Shown here: positions 29,918 through 41,927 of the stretch, piece after piece
Layout of the letters: every line of letters begins with the position of its first letter
Numbering within the stretch: position 1 is the stretch's first letter
Assembly: GCA_050290185.1 (NCBI GenBank)
Contig: JBNKHE010000007.1
Location: forward strand, 184,108-248,107
DNA length: 64,000 nucleotides
Direction of reading: 5' to 3'
From: Pontiella sp.
Lineage (GTDB): Bacteria > Verrucomicrobiota > Kiritimatiellia > Kiritimatiellales > Pontiellaceae
Notes under the pieces: generated by a model
The model's database searches: none
Told to the model about the DNA's origin: nothing
Seen by the model: the letters and a program-made list of their open reading frames with translations, nothing else
Position numbers and translations under genes: made by a program

Positions 29918-31084
29918 TTATTTTACAATGGTTGCGCCGGCAGAAGGAATAATGACTTCCGCTGTGGGATGCAGACCCTGGGCTTTGCAGGTTTCAATGA
30001 TTTTTTCGCAGATGGCGTTCGCATTTCTTTCGTGGACCAATGCGATGGCGCTTCCTCCCCAGCCGCCGCCGGACAGGCGGGCGCCAAGGGCGCCGGCTTC
30101 GCGGGCTGCTTCAACGACAATGTCGAGCTCTTCGCAGGAGTTTTCAAACGCCGTGCGCGAGGTTTCGTGCGAGTCGAAAAGGAATTGGCCGAATTGCTCC
30201 AGTTTACCTTCCTCCAGAAGCTTAACGCCCTCCTCAACGCGATGGATTTCGCCCACAACATGCGTAGCGCGTTGGGCGGCTTCCGGATCGAGCTGTCCCT
30301 TGAGCGCTTCGAAATCTTCAAATTTGATATCGCGCAGGGCCTTGACTTCGTAGTCGACCAGCTCATTCAGCTCGGCGGCGGCTTTTTCGCAGCTTTTACG
30401 GCGTGCGTTGTAGGGCGATTCCGCCAAGGCATGTTTGACGTGCGGGTTGATCATCAGGAAAACGACATCGGCGGGCAGCTTGACCGGAAAGGTTTCGAGC
30501 GTACGGAAGTCAGAGTGGATTAGGCCGTGATGGATGCCGAAGATGCTGGAAAACTGGTCGAGCAGGCCGCAGCTGCAACCGGCAAAATCGTGCTCCGCCT
30601 TTTGCCCGGCTTTCGCGATCTCGATCTTATCAACTTCCTTGCCGGTATAGGCCAGTACGGCGTAGGCGGTGGCCACCTCAAGAGCGGCCGAGCTGGAAAG
30701 TCCGGCGCCCATCGGTATGGAGCCGAGGAATGTGCAGTCGATTCCGTCCACTTCTACCCCATGTGCCCGGAGGAAAAAGATGACGCCCTTTACGTAGTTG
30801 GCCCACTGGAATTTCTTTTCCAGCGGTTCGTCGTTGGTAGGATCGAATTCTGCAGTGGCGGGGATATCCCCGGCCGTCAGGCGGACACCCGTTTTGTCCG
30901 ATTTCGAAATGCAGAAGCAATGCCCCATGTTGATGGCGCACGAGAAAGTGGTGCCTTCGTTGTAGTCCGTGTGATTGCCCAGCACCTCGATACGTCCCGG
31001 TGCATAAGCGACCGTGGTGGGTTCCGTTCCATAGGTTTTTGTGTGGATGGCTATGGCTTCATTCACAACATTCTTGTCGTACAT
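29918..31084 (-). CDS. galK: Galactokinase
   Basis: APGRIEVLGNHTDYN, GAGLSSSAA, GARLSGGGWGG. Confidence 0.95.
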   Translation of the reverse strand: MYDKNVVNEAIAIHTKTYGTEPTTVAYAPGRIEVLGNHTDYNEGTTFSCAINMGHCFCISKSDKTGVRLTAGDIPATAEFDPTNDEPLEKKFQWANYVKGVIFFLRAHGVEVDGIDCTFLGSIPMGAGLSSSAALEVATAYAVLAYTGKEVDKIEIAKAGQKAEHDFAGCSCGLLDQFSSIFGIHHGLIHSDFRTLETFPVKLPADVVFLMINPHVKHALAESPYNARRKSCEKAAAELNELVDYEVKALRDIKFEDFEALKGQLDPEAAQRATHVVGEIHRVEEGVKLLEEGKLEQFGQFLFDSHETSRTAFENSCEELDIVVEAAREAGALGARLSGGGWGGSAIALVHERNANAICEKIIETCKAQGLHPTAEVIIPSAGATIVK

Positions 31085-31218
31085 ATCAGTCCCTCCCCGA
31101 TAGATTTATTATGAGTGTTCTAATGTAGGGGATAGTGCTAGGTAAATCCATGGGTTAAACGCGCAAAGACATGGACAAACAGTGCAATAACTGCATTAAT
31201 ATCCATATGTTTAGTTTG

Positions 31219-32049
31219 ATGCACTATAAAATAAGCCAAAAAGTATCCGATATTTTTGACCTGTATACGGAGCTGCACGATATCCGTATCTCGCTGTTCA
31301 GTCCGGAAGGGACTCTGGTTTACCCGGATGAGGTAGGAAGGCCTAATTGCCGGCATTGCACGATGTTGCGGGAAGACCTGCGCATGGATTCAAAATGCCG
31401 GGCGCTGGATCGGAAAATGATGGATGCCTCATTGAAGCGCCGTGGTATGGTTACCTATACCTGCCATGCAGGCATGCATGAGGCCGCTGCACCGATTTTT
31501 GTGGGAGAGGATTTGGTCGGTTATGTCATGCTTGGCCAGTTTCGGAGCGGGACCGCGCCGGAACGTTCTCCCTACGCGGACGAATGGGAACGCGCCCAGG
31601 GAAATACGGATCTGCAGGTGGCCTATGCTCAAACGGCCGTATTCCCGGAGCAAAAAATCGAGACCCTGTTGTCCATGTTTCAACACCTGTTGGAGTTTAT
31701 TGTTGAAAGCCATCTGATCCGGCACAAGGACTATGATCTGCTCGGTCCTGTGATAAAGCGGATTCAACAGCAACCTGACGGGGAGTTTTCGTTGGATGAG
31801 GCTTCCCGCATGGTGGGAAGAAGTCCCTCTACGGTGACGCGCCTGTTCAAAAAGGTGACTGGATTGAGCTTTAAGCAATATCAAACGGAATATCGGATGC
31901 ACCAGGCGGCAACGATGCTGAAAGCCATGCCGAACCGTCCGGTGGCTGAAATTGCGCGGGTACTTGGCTACGAAGATCCGCTCTACTTTTCGCGGGCTTT
32001 CAACCGTTATTACAAATGTTCGCCATCGATTTACCGGAAGGAACGTTGA
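31219..32049 (+). CDS. AraC-family regulator with PocR-like sensor domain
   Basis: Cys-containing N-terminal YTCHAG...GQF; C-terminal AraC HTH (GYEDPLYFSRAF); divergent from galK; start uncertain. Confidence 0.88.
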   Translation: MHYKISQKVSDIFDLYTELHDIRISLFSPEGTLVYPDEVGRPNCRHCTMLREDLRMDSKCRALDRKMMDASLKRRGMVTYTCHAGMHEAAAPIFVGEDLVGYVMLGQFRSGTAPERSPYADEWERAQGNTDLQVAYAQTAVFPEQKIETLLSMFQHLLEFIVESHLIRHKDYDLLGPVIKRIQQQPDGEFSLDEASRMVGRSPSTVTRLFKKVTGLSFKQYQTEYRMHQAATMLKAMPNRPVAEIARVLGYEDPLYFSRAFNRYYKCSPSIYRKER

Positions 32050-32136
32050 TTTCATAGCTGGAGAATCTATTAGGAATGGCTTGATCGAAGATGGGGGCCT
32101 TCTATAATCGCGCGCTTGTTAAATTAGGTGATTATT

Positions 32137-33537
32137 ATGGGAAAAACACTGTTTGAAAAAATCTGGGACCGGCATGTTGCCAAGGAACTTTCCGGCGACG
32201 AAGTCCTGCTCTATATCGACCGGCACCTCGTTCATGAAGTAACGAGTCCTCAGGCATTTGAAGGCCTCCGTTTGCATAACCGAAAGGTGCGCCATCCTGA
32301 ATTGACGTTTGCAACCACCGATCACAATGTCCCGACCGACAGCCGTACGGAAATTGTTGATCCGATTGCCAAGGCGCAGGTCGATGCGCTTCAACGGAAT
32401 TGCGAAGAAAACGGCATCACATTTTACGGGATGGAATCCGACAAGCAGGGGGTTGTGCATATCATCGGCCCGGAGCAGGGGATCACACTGCCCGGCACCA
32501 CTATCGTATGCGGCGATTCGCATACCGCGACGCACGGTGCTTTCGGGGCGATCGCATTCGGCATCGGCACATCGGAAGTCGAACACGTTCTGGCCACACA
32601 GACGCTTCGCCAGAAAAAGCCGAAGCAATATAAGGTCGAATTCAAAGGCAAGATTCCGCTTGGCGTAACGGCCAAAGATCTGGTGCTCGCACTGATTGGC
32701 GAAGTAGGAACTGCGGGCGGAACCGGTTGCGCCTTCGAATTTTGCGGGGAGGCGATTGAGGCCATCTCCATGGAAGGCCGCCTTACCATCTGCAATATGG
32801 CCATTGAGGCCGGTGCGCGTTCCGGTCTGATTGCCCCTGACCAGACGACCATTGATTACATTACGGCAGAGGATCGTCCCTTTGCTCCGAAGGATGAAGC
32901 CCTGGAGAAGGCCATTGAATACTGGAAGACCCTGTATTCGGACGAAGATGCCGTTTTTGATAAGACACTGGTTATCGATGTAGAGAAAATCGAACCTCAG
33001 GTTACCTGGGGGACCAGTCCCGGCATGGTGACCGGCGTTAACCAACGCGTACCCGAGCTGGATGCCGTTCCGGAATACAGTCCGGAAGATGTACGGTCTG
33101 CGCTCGACTATATGGGTTTGGAACCCGGCATGAAGATGACGGATATCAAGGTAGAAGCCGTATTTATCGGAAGCTGCACAAACGGCCGCATCGAAGACCT
33201 CCGCGAAGCCGCGAAGGTCATGGAAGGCAAGAAAGTGGCTGACGGCGTGCGTGTGCTGGTTGTGCCGGGCTCTGAGAAGGTGCGCTATCAAGCCGAGAAG
33301 GAACGTCTTGATCGCATCTTCCACGAAGCCGGGGCCGATTGGCGCTACGCCGGTTGCAGCATGTGTCTGGCCATGAATCCGGATAAACTGAAGATGAAGG
33401 AACGTTGTGCGTCAACCTCGAACCGTAACTTCGAGGGGCGGCAGGGCCGGGGCGGACGTACGCATCTGGTCAGCCCGGCCATGGCGGCGGCGGCGGCCAT
33501 TGCCGGACACTTTGTAGATGTAAGGGAGCTTGGATAA
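32137..33537 (+). CDS. leuC: 3-isopropylmalate dehydratase large subunit
   Basis: [36 protein letters not shown]. Confidence 0.98.
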   Translation: MGKTLFEKIWDRHVAKELSGDEVLLYIDRHLVHEVTSPQAFEGLRLHNRKVRHPELTFATTDHNVPTDSRTEIVDPIAKAQVDALQRNCEENGITFYGMESDKQGVVHIIGPEQGITLPGTTIVCGDSHTATHGAFGAIAFGIGTSEVEHVLATQTLRQKKPKQYKVEFKGKIPLGVTAKDLVLALIGEVGTAGGTGCAFEFCGEAIEAISMEGRLTICNMAIEAGARSGLIAPDQTTIDYITAEDRPFAPKDEALEKAIEYWKTLYSDEDAVFDKTLVIDVEKIEPQVTWGTSPGMVTGVNQRVPELDAVPEYSPEDVRSALDYMGLEPGMKMTDIKVEAVFIGSCTNGRIEDLREAAKVMEGKKVADGVRVLVVPGSEKVRYQAEKERLDRIFHEAGADWRYAGCSMCLAMNPDKLKMKERCASTSNRNFEGRQGRGGRTHLVSPAMAAAAAIAGHFVDVRELG

Positions 33538-33539
33538 CG

Positions 33540-34172
33540 ATGGAAAAATTTAAAACATTCACGGGCGTAGTGTGTGCCGTAGATCGTGCAAATATCGATA
33601 CGGATGCATTGATCCCGAAGGAACATCTCAAATCGATCAAGCGTACCGGATTCGGTCCGGCGCTCTTTTCCGACTGGCGCTACAAGGATGACGGCTCGGA
33701 TAATTCCGATTTCATTCTGAACCAGCCGAAAACCCAGGGGGCATCGGTGCTCGTGGGCCGCAATAACTTTGGGTGCGGTTCAAGCCGCGAGCATGCGGTA
33801 TGGGCGGTGGCCCAGCAAGGGTTCAAGGTTGTGATTGCGCCGGCCGAGGGCGACATTCCGGCATTTGCCGATATTTTCAGAAACAACTGCGCGAAAAACG
33901 GCGTTTTGGCGATTCAGCTGACGAGTGGAGAGGTCGATCGGATCTTTGAATTGGCATCAGCCGATGAACCGCTTGAAGCGACCGTGGATCTTGAGCGTCA
34001 GAATGTTGCTTTCAAGCAATCCGGCGGCGATGTGGTTTTTTCTTTTGAAGTTGATCCGGCAGTGAAAGAAAAGCTGCTGCTTGGTTTGGATGATATTGCG
34101 GAGTCACTGCTCTACGAATCCGACATTGCAGACTTTGAGACACGGCATGACACGCAGTTGCTCAATGCCTAG
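33540..34172 (+). CDS. leuD: 3-isopropylmalate dehydratase small subunit
   Basis: NIDTD, NFGCGSSREHA. Confidence 0.97.
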   Translation: MEKFKTFTGVVCAVDRANIDTDALIPKEHLKSIKRTGFGPALFSDWRYKDDGSDNSDFILNQPKTQGASVLVGRNNFGCGSSREHAVWAVAQQGFKVVIAPAEGDIPAFADIFRNNCAKNGVLAIQLTSGEVDRIFELASADEPLEATVDLERQNVAFKQSGGDVVFSFEVDPAVKEKLLLGLDDIAESLLYESDIADFETRHDTQLLNA

Positions 34173-34245
34173 GCTTTCCTTTTCTTGAAGGGATGGGTAC
34201 AAGTAAGAGCTTCCGGTTTCCGGAAGCTTTTTTTGGTATGTGCGT

Positions 34246-35352
34246 ATGAAAAATTATCTGACTGCATCTATTTCCGAGTCCGCCGTTCGGCACAATATTT
34301 CCATCCTCCGCAGCCAGATCGGTCCAGATGTTAAGCTATGTCCCGTGGTCAAGGATGATTGTTTCGGGCACGGAATGGACGTGCTCTATCCGGTGCTGGC
34401 CGAGCTGACCGATGGCTTTGCAGTGGCGGCTCCGCTGGAGGCTCTGGCCCTTCGGGCCAAGGGCTATCACGGATTTATCCTCTGTTTTCTGTCGGCTTAT
34501 TTCGACGATTTCAAGGTGCAGGATGAACTCGTTTGGCAGGAAATTACGCAGACCGTGATGTCAAAATCCGCACTGGCCTCCATTGAAGCGGCGGCAAGGC
34601 GGGTCGGTAAAACGGCAAAGGTTCATCTGAAAGTGGATACAGGCATGGGGCGGCTGGGGGTTCCGGTCAAGCAGGCTCCGGATTTGATTGCGGCCATTCA
34701 GGCGTCCCCGCAAGTCGAGTTGTCCGGTATTTACACGCATTTCGCCACAGCCGATGAGCAGGACCGAACGGCGACGCAAAACCAGCTTGAACTCTTCAAG
34801 TCGATTCTTCCAGCGCGTGCGGGCCTGACGGTTCATACCGCAAATTCAGCGGCCACGATGGATTGGCCGGAAACTCATTTTGATATGGTTCGTCCGGGGA
34901 TTGCAATCTATGGATGTCACCCTTCGGATCAACTGCGTAACCGGTTGGATTTAAAGCCTTGCATGTCGGTGAAGGCGAAGCTGATTGCTCTTAAGCATAT
35001 GCTGGAAGGAAGCCGGAGCGGATATGGACTTACCCATCGATACCCGCGCGACAGCCGGGTGGGGATTGTTCCGATCGGCTATGGCGATGGATATTTCCGA
35101 TGCCTTTCGGGGAAGGCCGTGGTGCGGATCAATGGGCAGGATGCGCCGGTTTGCGGTCGCGTTTCAATGGACCAGATGACGGTGGATGTTTCAGATATTG
35201 AAGAGGTTAATGTGGGGGATGAGGTTGAGGTGATTTCCGCCGATCCTTTCGCTCCAAATAATGTCGAAAACCTGGCGCGTCTGGCGGATACAATCCCTTA
35301 TGAGATCACATGCCACCTCGGCCACAATATGCGCCATACGCTTGTGGACTAG
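34246..35352 (+). CDS. alr: Alanine racemase
   Basis: VVKDDCFGHG (variant of VVKANAYGHG), KVDTGMGRLG, GYGDGY, GRVSMD. Confidence 0.9.
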   Translation: MKNYLTASISESAVRHNISILRSQIGPDVKLCPVVKDDCFGHGMDVLYPVLAELTDGFAVAAPLEALALRAKGYHGFILCFLSAYFDDFKVQDELVWQEITQTVMSKSALASIEAAARRVGKTAKVHLKVDTGMGRLGVPVKQAPDLIAAIQASPQVELSGIYTHFATADEQDRTATQNQLELFKSILPARAGLTVHTANSAATMDWPETHFDMVRPGIAIYGCHPSDQLRNRLDLKPCMSVKAKLIALKHMLEGSRSGYGLTHRYPRDSRVGIVPIGYGDGYFRCLSGKAVVRINGQDAPVCGRVSMDQMTVDVSDIEEVNVGDEVEVISADPFAPNNVENLARLADTIPYEITCHLGHNMRHTLVD

Positions 35353-35909
35353 GTGGATTCGATGTCGATGCCTTTTTTGTGGAAACGCTCTGCACAACGG
35401 GGACATATGCAGTGGCTGAATTCCATTTTGGTCTGCTCCTTGAGGTAGATATCCACATGCTGCCATACGCCATCCTTGTCCTGGATACTTTTGCAGGTGC
35501 TGCACAGGTTATGAATTCCCCCGAGTTCCTGAACATTGGCTAGCATGTTACGTAGACGCTCATTGGCGGACTCCAGTTCCGTTTCCTTCTTGCTTAGCTC
35601 TTTGCTGCTTCTTCTTAGATGTCCCAGCGATACCGCCGCCAAAATCTGCAGGGCGATATAGGCGGGCGAGGAAGCGAAGCTGGCATAGCTTGTCGAGACT
35701 GAAAACTGGTCATAAACCATGGTGGTCAGCGGAATAAGCAGCAGAGCGGTTCCCAGCCCCGGAACGACTCCGCAGAGCCATGCAACGACTCCAACCACGG
35801 CCGTTCCCATGATAAAGTAGGGTTCGCGGCTGGGGGCCACATAGCGCAGCAACAGCAGGTAAACTGCTATGACCGCAGCTGATACAATCGGTTTTAAGTA
35901 CTTATGCAT
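35349..35909 (-). CDS. Membrane protein with coiled coil and C-terminal Cys/His module
   Basis: Several TM helices; CSTCK...W...Y...FSHCICPRC tail resembling modules on signalling proteins. Confidence 0.7.
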   Translation of the reverse strand: MHKYLKPIVSAAVIAVYLLLLRYVAPSREPYFIMGTAVVGVVAWLCGVVPGLGTALLLIPLTTMVYDQFSVSTSYASFASSPAYIALQILAAVSLGHLRRSSKELSKKETELESANERLRNMLANVQELGGIHNLCSTCKSIQDKDGVWQHVDIYLKEQTKMEFSHCICPRCAERFHKKGIDIEST

Positions 35910-35935
35910 ACTCTTTACCTAGGCTCTATTCATTT

Positions 35936-36985
35936 TTATGGATACTGTCCAGGTATTGCAAGACCCATGCCAGAATCGAGGCCGAACATTAGGTTCATGT
36001 TTTGCAAGGCGTTGCCAGCCTGACCCTTCATCAGGTTGTCGATATGCGATATCACGCGCAGCCGGTTGTTCCGTTCATCTACGTCAACCGTCAGGCTGCA
36101 GTAGTTGGTTCCCCGGATGTCGGCAATGCTGGCCGGTGTGCTGGCGTCTTGAATACGCACAAATTGGTTGTTCCGGTTGAATTCCCGGTACATCTCCAGC
36201 ACTTCGTCCGCTTTCTGACCGTCCAGCGTAGCGTAAAGGCACGACATGATGCCCCGGCAGACCGGAACGACCTGTGCCGTGAAGGTGATTTGAACCGGGT
36301 CATCGCCCAGCAGCCCCAGTTCCTGTTCAATCTCGACCACGTGTTGGTGGCCGGCCAGCTTGTAGGCGTTCATATTATCGTAGCGGTTGGGATAGTGGAA
36401 CGCCGGGTTGGGCTTCTTCCCGGCACCGGACACGCCGGTCTTGCAGTCGCAGATGATGCTTTTGGGATCAATAATGCCTGCCTCCACAGCTGGAGCCAGA
36501 CCCATGATGCAGCTGACCGCAAAACAACCCGGATTTCCGACGATCGTCTGCTCCGTGGTGATATCATGCAGTTCGGGCAATCCATAGACGGTTTCATTCA
36601 GCAAGGCCGGTGCCTTGTGCTCGGGATCCCGTCCGATAAAGTTGGCATATTCCGCATAGCGTTCAACCGATCCAAACCGGAAATCACCGCTGTAGTCGAT
36701 CACCTTTGCACCGTTGGATATTTCCGCTTCAGCGGTCTGCATGCCGACGCCATCGGGCGTGGAGAAGAAGACCACGTCGTAAGTCTCCTGGTTCTTGGGA
36801 TCATCCGGAGAAACAATAACATCATCGCAGAAGCCTCTCAGGTGCGGAAAAACCTCGCTCATTTTCCGTCCGGTATCCGAAAGGCTTACCAGACAGCCGA
36901 TTTCCGCTTCCGGGTGCCGCAGCAACAGTTCCGTAATTCCAACGCCGCCGTAGCCGCCGGCTCCAACAATCTTTGCCCTGATCAT
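35936..36985 (-). CDS. argC: N-acetyl-gamma-glutamyl-phosphate reductase
   Basis: GAGGYGG, NPGC, GVSGAG, DNLMKGQAG. Confidence 0.96.
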   Translation of the reverse strand: MIRAKIVGAGGYGGVGITELLLRHPEAEIGCLVSLSDTGRKMSEVFPHLRGFCDDVIVSPDDPKNQETYDVVFFSTPDGVGMQTAEAEISNGAKVIDYSGDFRFGSVERYAEYANFIGRDPEHKAPALLNETVYGLPELHDITTEQTIVGNPGCFAVSCIMGLAPAVEAGIIDPKSIICDCKTGVSGAGKKPNPAFHYPNRYDNMNAYKLAGHQHVVEIEQELGLLGDDPVQITFTAQVVPVCRGIMSCLYATLDGQKADEVLEMYREFNRNNQFVRIQDASTPASIADIRGTNYCSLTVDVDERNNRLRVISHIDNLMKGQAGNALQNMNLMFGLDSGMGLAIPGQYP

Positions 36986-37098
36986 ATCGCTTCTCCTCTA
37001 AAAAAGTCGGAAAAACCTAAACCAGCCCCGACCGCGAATCGACACTAATCTTGCGTTTTTGGTTTCATCGTTTCCCGCGTTCATGCGAGTTTTCCGGC

Positions 37099-37599
37099 AT
37101 GAAAATTGGGATTCTTTCCGATACGCATGGGAATATTTCCGCTACGGCAAAGGCCGCTGCAGCTTTTCGTGAAGCCGGTGTAGATGCCGTCTTCCACTGC
37201 GGTGACATTGGCGGTATGGATGTATTGGCGGAGTTGGCCGGTGTTTTCGAACCACAGGGGATATCGGTGCATGCCGTCTTCGGAAATATTGATATCCATG
37301 CCAGCGACTGGAAGTTTTTCCCTTCTAACATCGGTGTTACCCTTCATGGGCGTTTTGGGGATGTCGCGTTCGGGGGTAAGCGCATCGCGTTGCTGCATGG
37401 CGATGATGCCCGCCGGTTCCGAAAAGTGGTTGCCGGTGGTGAATATGATCTGGTGCTTACCGGGCACAGCCATGAAGTGCATGATTTTGTTCAGGGCAGA
37501 ACGCGGTGTCTGAATCCCGGGACTGCGGGGCGTGGAACGCCGAACACCGGAGCCGTGTTGGATCTGGAAAGCGGCGCATTCCAGGTGGTTTCCATCTAG
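37099..37599 (+). CDS. YfcE-like metallophosphoesterase
   Basis: SDTHG, HCGD, GN, HG, GHSH, NPG. Confidence 0.9.
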   Translation: MKIGILSDTHGNISATAKAAAAFREAGVDAVFHCGDIGGMDVLAELAGVFEPQGISVHAVFGNIDIHASDWKFFPSNIGVTLHGRFGDVAFGGKRIALLHGDDARRFRKVVAGGEYDLVLTGHSHEVHDFVQGRTRCLNPGTAGRGTPNTGAVLDLESGAFQVVSI

Positions 37600-38687
37600 C
37601 TTAAATCCGGAAAGGCATCGGCAACGGCGGAGCAGGTTATTTTTCCATTTCGCATGTTCAACGCTACGGAACGTCCGGCACTTTTGGCCAGAAATCCATC
37701 AAGGCCCAGCGCGGCCAGCTCGCGGCAATAGCTCAGCGTGGCGTTGCAGAGCGCGTGGCTGCTGGTGCGGCCCACTGCGCCGGGCATGTTGGCCACGCAA
37801 TAGTGCACGACTTCATCAACCACGTAGACCGGGTCGCTGTGGGTGGTCGGCTTGCTGCTTTCGCAGCATCCGCCCTGATCGATGCAGACATCCACGATGA
37901 CCGATCCACGTTTCATCCTTGAAAGCAGTTCGCGGGTGATCAGGCGGGGCGCCTTTGCTCCGGGGATCAGGATTGATCCAACCACGAGATCGGCATCGAC
38001 GGCATATTGCTCAACGGCATGCGGTTCGCAGAAGATGGTCGTCACATTCGGCGGCATGATGTCGTCGAGCTGCCGGAGGCGATCAAGGCTGATATCCATG
38101 ATGGTGACATTAGCGCCCAGCCCGGCTGCAACACGGGCCGCATTGGTTCCTACCACGCCGCCGCCAAGGATCAGCACGTTGGCAGGGGGGACGCCCGTAA
38201 CGCCGCCGAGCAGGATGCCGCGTCCCATCATCGGGCGTTCCAGACATTTGGCCCCTTCCTGCACGGACATCTTTCCGGCGACCTCGCTCATGGGAGTGAG
38301 TAGGGGAAGGTGCCCGTTGCTATCGGCCAGGGTTTCATAGGCCACCGCCGAAATCCCGCTTTCAAGGCAGCCGGTTGTCAGCTCGCGTGAGCTGGAAAAA
38401 TGGAAGTAGCAAAAGACGATCTGGTCTTTTTTCAGCTGCTTGATTTCTTCCGGCATGGGTTCTTTGACCTTGACGATCATTTCCGCGCGCTCGAAAATTT
38501 CGTCGGATGAGTCAACAATTTCCGCGCCTGCCTGCAGATAATCTCTGTCGTCGTATCCGCTGCCCAGACCGGCGTCCTTTTCGATCAGGACACGATGCCC
38601 ATCCTGCACGAGCAGTTGTGCGCCGACGGGTAGCATGGCGATACGATATTCATCCTTCTTCACCTCGTGCGGTATACCGATGATCAT
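37596..38687 (-). CDS. ald: Alanine dehydrogenase
   Basis: [33 protein letters not shown]. Confidence 0.95.
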   Translation of the reverse strand: MIIGIPHEVKKDEYRIAMLPVGAQLLVQDGHRVLIEKDAGLGSGYDDRDYLQAGAEIVDSSDEIFERAEMIVKVKEPMPEEIKQLKKDQIVFCYFHFSSSRELTTGCLESGISAVAYETLADSNGHLPLLTPMSEVAGKMSVQEGAKCLERPMMGRGILLGGVTGVPPANVLILGGGVVGTNAARVAAGLGANVTIMDISLDRLRQLDDIMPPNVTTIFCEPHAVEQYAVDADLVVGSILIPGAKAPRLITRELLSRMKRGSVIVDVCIDQGGCCESSKPTTHSDPVYVVDEVVHYCVANMPGAVGRTSSHALCNATLSYCRELAALGLDGFLAKSAGRSVALNMRNGKITCSAVADAFPDLS

Positions 38688-40177
38688 GATCCGACCTCCC
38701 ATTCCCGACTGCGTTCCACGGCGCGGAGCCATTGGACAAAGCGGTTTTCAGCCTCATCGGTGCTGATCTGCGGCTCGAAAACGCGGTCGATTTTGCGCAG
38801 GGCTGATAGTTCTTCCGTTCCCGTCCAGAACCCGACCGCAAGGCCCGCCAGCGCCGCCGCACCGAAGGCCGTGGTTTCTATCATTTTGGGGCGTTCGATC
38901 GGGATCTGCAAAAGATCCGACTGGATCTGCATCAGGAGGTTGTTGGCGCAGGCGCCGCCATCAACGCGAAGGGTATTCATTGGAGCTCCGGCATCCTTTT
39001 CCATGGCCCTCAATACTTCCAACGACTGGAAGCACATTGATTCCAGTGCTGCCCGGGCGATATGCGCCTTGTTGGAGCCGCGTGTCAGGCCGATGAGGGT
39101 ACCACGGGCCTGCGGGTCCCAGTGCGGTGCGCCGAGCCCGGCGAACGCCGGCACGAAACAGACGCCTCCGGGATCGGGTACCTGCATCGCCAGGGCCTCG
39201 ACTTCGGGGGCTGTCTGGATGATTCCAAGTTCGTCGCGCAACCATTGCACAACAGCTCCGCCTATGAAGACGCCCCCCTCGAGGGCATAGCTGGTTTTGT
39301 CGCCGATCTTCCATGCCAGTGTGCTCAACAGCTTGTTTTTTGATGTTGCCGGCTTGTTGCCGGTATTCATCAGCAGGAAGCACCCGGTTCCATACGTGTT
39401 CTTTGATGCGCCGGTATCAAAGCAGGACTGTCCGAACAGGGCGGCATGCTGATCACCGGCAATGCCGGAGATTTTGCATCCACATTCACAAAGGTATTTG
39501 TCCGCGCAACCATAGACTTCGCTCGATGATCGTACGTCCGGCATCATGCTCCGGGGAATGTCCAGCAGATCGAGCAGGGTATCGTCCCAGTCCAACCCAT
39601 GGATGTTAAACAACAGGGTACGCGAAGCATTGGTTGCATCGGTGATGTGCTGTGCGCCATTCGTGAGCTTCCACATCAGCCACGAATCCATGGTGCCAAA
39701 GGCCAGCTCACCGCGATCGGCCTGCGTTCGTGCTCCATCGACATTGTCCAGCAGCCATTTGATCTTGGTGCCGGAAAAATACGGATCCAGATACAATCCG
39801 GTTTTCTCATTGAATGTGGTCTCCAGTCCATCGGCCTTTAACCGGGCACAGAGGTCTGCCGTGCGGCGATCCTGCCAGACTATGGCGTTATGGATGGGCT
39901 GGCCGGTTTTACGGTTCCACACCAGAGTGGTTTCCCGCTGGTTGGTGATCCCGATGGCAACAATGTTTTCGGAGTGGACTCCGGCATGGTGCATGGCCTT
40001 CCGGGCCGTGGCCTGCTGGGCTTTCCAGATTTCCTCCGGATCATGCTCCACCCAGCCGGGGTGCGGGTAGAATTGCTTGAACTCCTGCTGGGCAATGGAG
40101 CGTATGCTGCCGGCTTGATCGAAGAGGATCGCCCGGGAGCTCGTGGTACCTTGGTCGAGTGCCAGAACACATTTCAT
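38684..40177 (-). CDS. glpK: Glycerol kinase
   Basis: [34 protein letters not shown]. Confidence 0.97.
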   Translation of the reverse strand: MKCVLALDQGTTSSRAILFDQAGSIRSIAQQEFKQFYPHPGWVEHDPEEIWKAQQATARKAMHHAGVHSENIVAIGITNQRETTLVWNRKTGQPIHNAIVWQDRRTADLCARLKADGLETTFNEKTGLYLDPYFSGTKIKWLLDNVDGARTQADRGELAFGTMDSWLMWKLTNGAQHITDATNASRTLLFNIHGLDWDDTLLDLLDIPRSMMPDVRSSSEVYGCADKYLCECGCKISGIAGDQHAALFGQSCFDTGASKNTYGTGCFLLMNTGNKPATSKNKLLSTLAWKIGDKTSYALEGGVFIGGAVVQWLRDELGIIQTAPEVEALAMQVPDPGGVCFVPAFAGLGAPHWDPQARGTLIGLTRGSNKAHIARAALESMCFQSLEVLRAMEKDAGAPMNTLRVDGGACANNLLMQIQSDLLQIPIERPKMIETTAFGAAALAGLAVGFWTGTEELSALRKIDRVFEPQISTDEAENRFVQWLRAVERSREWEVGS

Positions 40178-40259
40178 GCTTGTCAGTATAAATTCAAAGC
40201 CGGCGATTAGAAGTAAATTCCATCAACCACTGCATAGGAGGCCGGAGGCACCTCCCTTT

Positions 40260-41834
40260 CTATTTTCCGCGGAGAGAGTCGGTGATTTCCCGGACTTCCG
40301 GGGCCCGGAGGGCCAGGGCCATCAGGAGGTAGGTTGCTATACCGGCGGGGATGGCGGCGGCCACGACGGCGATCTGGGCAATTTTTGCGGGCAGGAAGTT
40401 CGTTAGACAAGGCGTGGCATAGCGTGCAACCAGCCAGGCAACCGCAGCCATGGCGAGGGCGCAAAGGAGAGACCGGACGAGGGTTTGGACGGTTTTCTTC
40501 CACTGGATGTTTTCGATGCGCCGGGCGAGAATATACCCGAGGGCAACCATGCCGGCAGCCTCGGCAAGTACGGTGGCGAGGGCCATGCCTGCATGTTTCC
40601 AGTAGAGCGGGAAGGTGAGGATAAAGGTGACGTTCATGATGAGGTTGAGCAGCACGACGTAGATGCCGATGCGGACGGGCGTTTTGGTGTCCTGCATGGC
40701 GTAGAAGGCCGGAACAAATACTTTGGCGGCGCTGAAGACGAGCAGGCCTGGTGCGTAGAAAATCAGGGCGCGGCTGCTAAGCATAGTCGACTGGGCATTG
40801 AAGCTTCCGTTCCATTCAAAGATGGCCTGCAGGATGTTCGGCGCAAGTACCAGCAATCCAAGGGCGGCGGGGGCCATGATGAAAATCAGATGGCGCATGG
40901 CCTGGGAAATGGTTTTGGCCATGGAGGCATGGTCGCCGTTGGCTGAATGGGAGGAGAAGGTGGGCAGCAGCACGGTGCCCATGGCGGTGGCGATGATGCC
41001 GAGGGGGAAGTAGACCATGCGTTCGCTGTAGAAAAGTGCGGCAGGGGCCCAGTCACCCACCCAGATGGCCAGGTAACCATCCAGCAAGACATTGATTTGG
41101 GTAATTCCGGCTCCCAGTGCCGCCGGCCCCATCAATAAAAAGATTTGACGGATGCGCGGGTCGTTCCATTTGCTCGCAAAGCGGAAGGGACATCCAAAGC
41201 GTTTGAGTGCGGGGAGCTGAACGCTCATTTGCAATACGCCCGCGAGCAGGACCGCCCATGCCAGTATGTGGACGCGATCGCTATCGTTTGTTCCGACCAC
41301 CGGGAAGAGCCCGAGCATGGCGAAGATGAGCACGAGGTTGAGCAGGCAGGGCGCGAAGGCCGAGGTGGAAAAATGCTTGAACGAATTGAGTACCGCCATG
41401 AAGAGGGCGGCAAGGCAGATGAAGACGACGTAGGGGAACATGATCCTCGAAAGATCAAAGTTGGTCACCCATTTTTCCGACAGTCCCGGGATGTGCATGG
41501 CGAGGGAGAACAGGACCACGCCAAGGAGGGCGATGGCGGATAGAACGGCGGCGCACAAGGTTACGACTTTGCTGGCCATATCCCAGGCGGATCGATCCCC
41601 CTGTTTAGTGCGGGTTTCGATGAAAACGGGGATGAATGCGGCGGAGAGGGCGCCTTCTCCAAACAGCCTGCGGAACAGGTTGGGGATCTTGAAGGCCACA
41701 AAAAAGGCCGATGCCATGAGGGAGGTGCCGAAATAGTAGGCGATAATAATATCGCGCAACATGCCGAGCCCGCGGCTAAGCAGCGTAAAGCCGCCAACCA
41801 CCCCGGTCGAGCGTATCACCGTTCCCTCTTTCAA
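40260..41834 (-). CDS. murJ: Lipid II flippase
   Basis: SRGLGMLRD, PNLFRRLFGEGAL, FYAMQDTKTP; multi-TM. Confidence 0.95.
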   Translation of the reverse strand: MKEGTVIRSTGVVGGFTLLSRGLGMLRDIIIAYYFGTSLMASAFFVAFKIPNLFRRLFGEGALSAAFIPVFIETRTKQGDRSAWDMASKVVTLCAAVLSAIALLGVVLFSLAMHIPGLSEKWVTNFDLSRIMFPYVVFICLAALFMAVLNSFKHFSTSAFAPCLLNLVLIFAMLGLFPVVGTNDSDRVHILAWAVLLAGVLQMSVQLPALKRFGCPFRFASKWNDPRIRQIFLLMGPAALGAGITQINVLLDGYLAIWVGDWAPAALFYSERMVYFPLGIIATAMGTVLLPTFSSHSANGDHASMAKTISQAMRHLIFIMAPAALGLLVLAPNILQAIFEWNGSFNAQSTMLSSRALIFYAPGLLVFSAAKVFVPAFYAMQDTKTPVRIGIYVVLLNLIMNVTFILTFPLYWKHAGMALATVLAEAAGMVALGYILARRIENIQWKKTVQTLVRSLLCALAMAAVAWLVARYATPCLTNFLPAKIAQIAVVAAAIPAGIATYLLMALALRAPEVREITDSLRGK

Positions 41835-41927
41835 TCGGAGTCCCCTTGTTTTGTTTGCGTTGGAGCCGCAAAGCCACTAAATGTATGTCATTCAAAAGCG
41901 CAGATCAAAGCAGAACGGATTCGATTT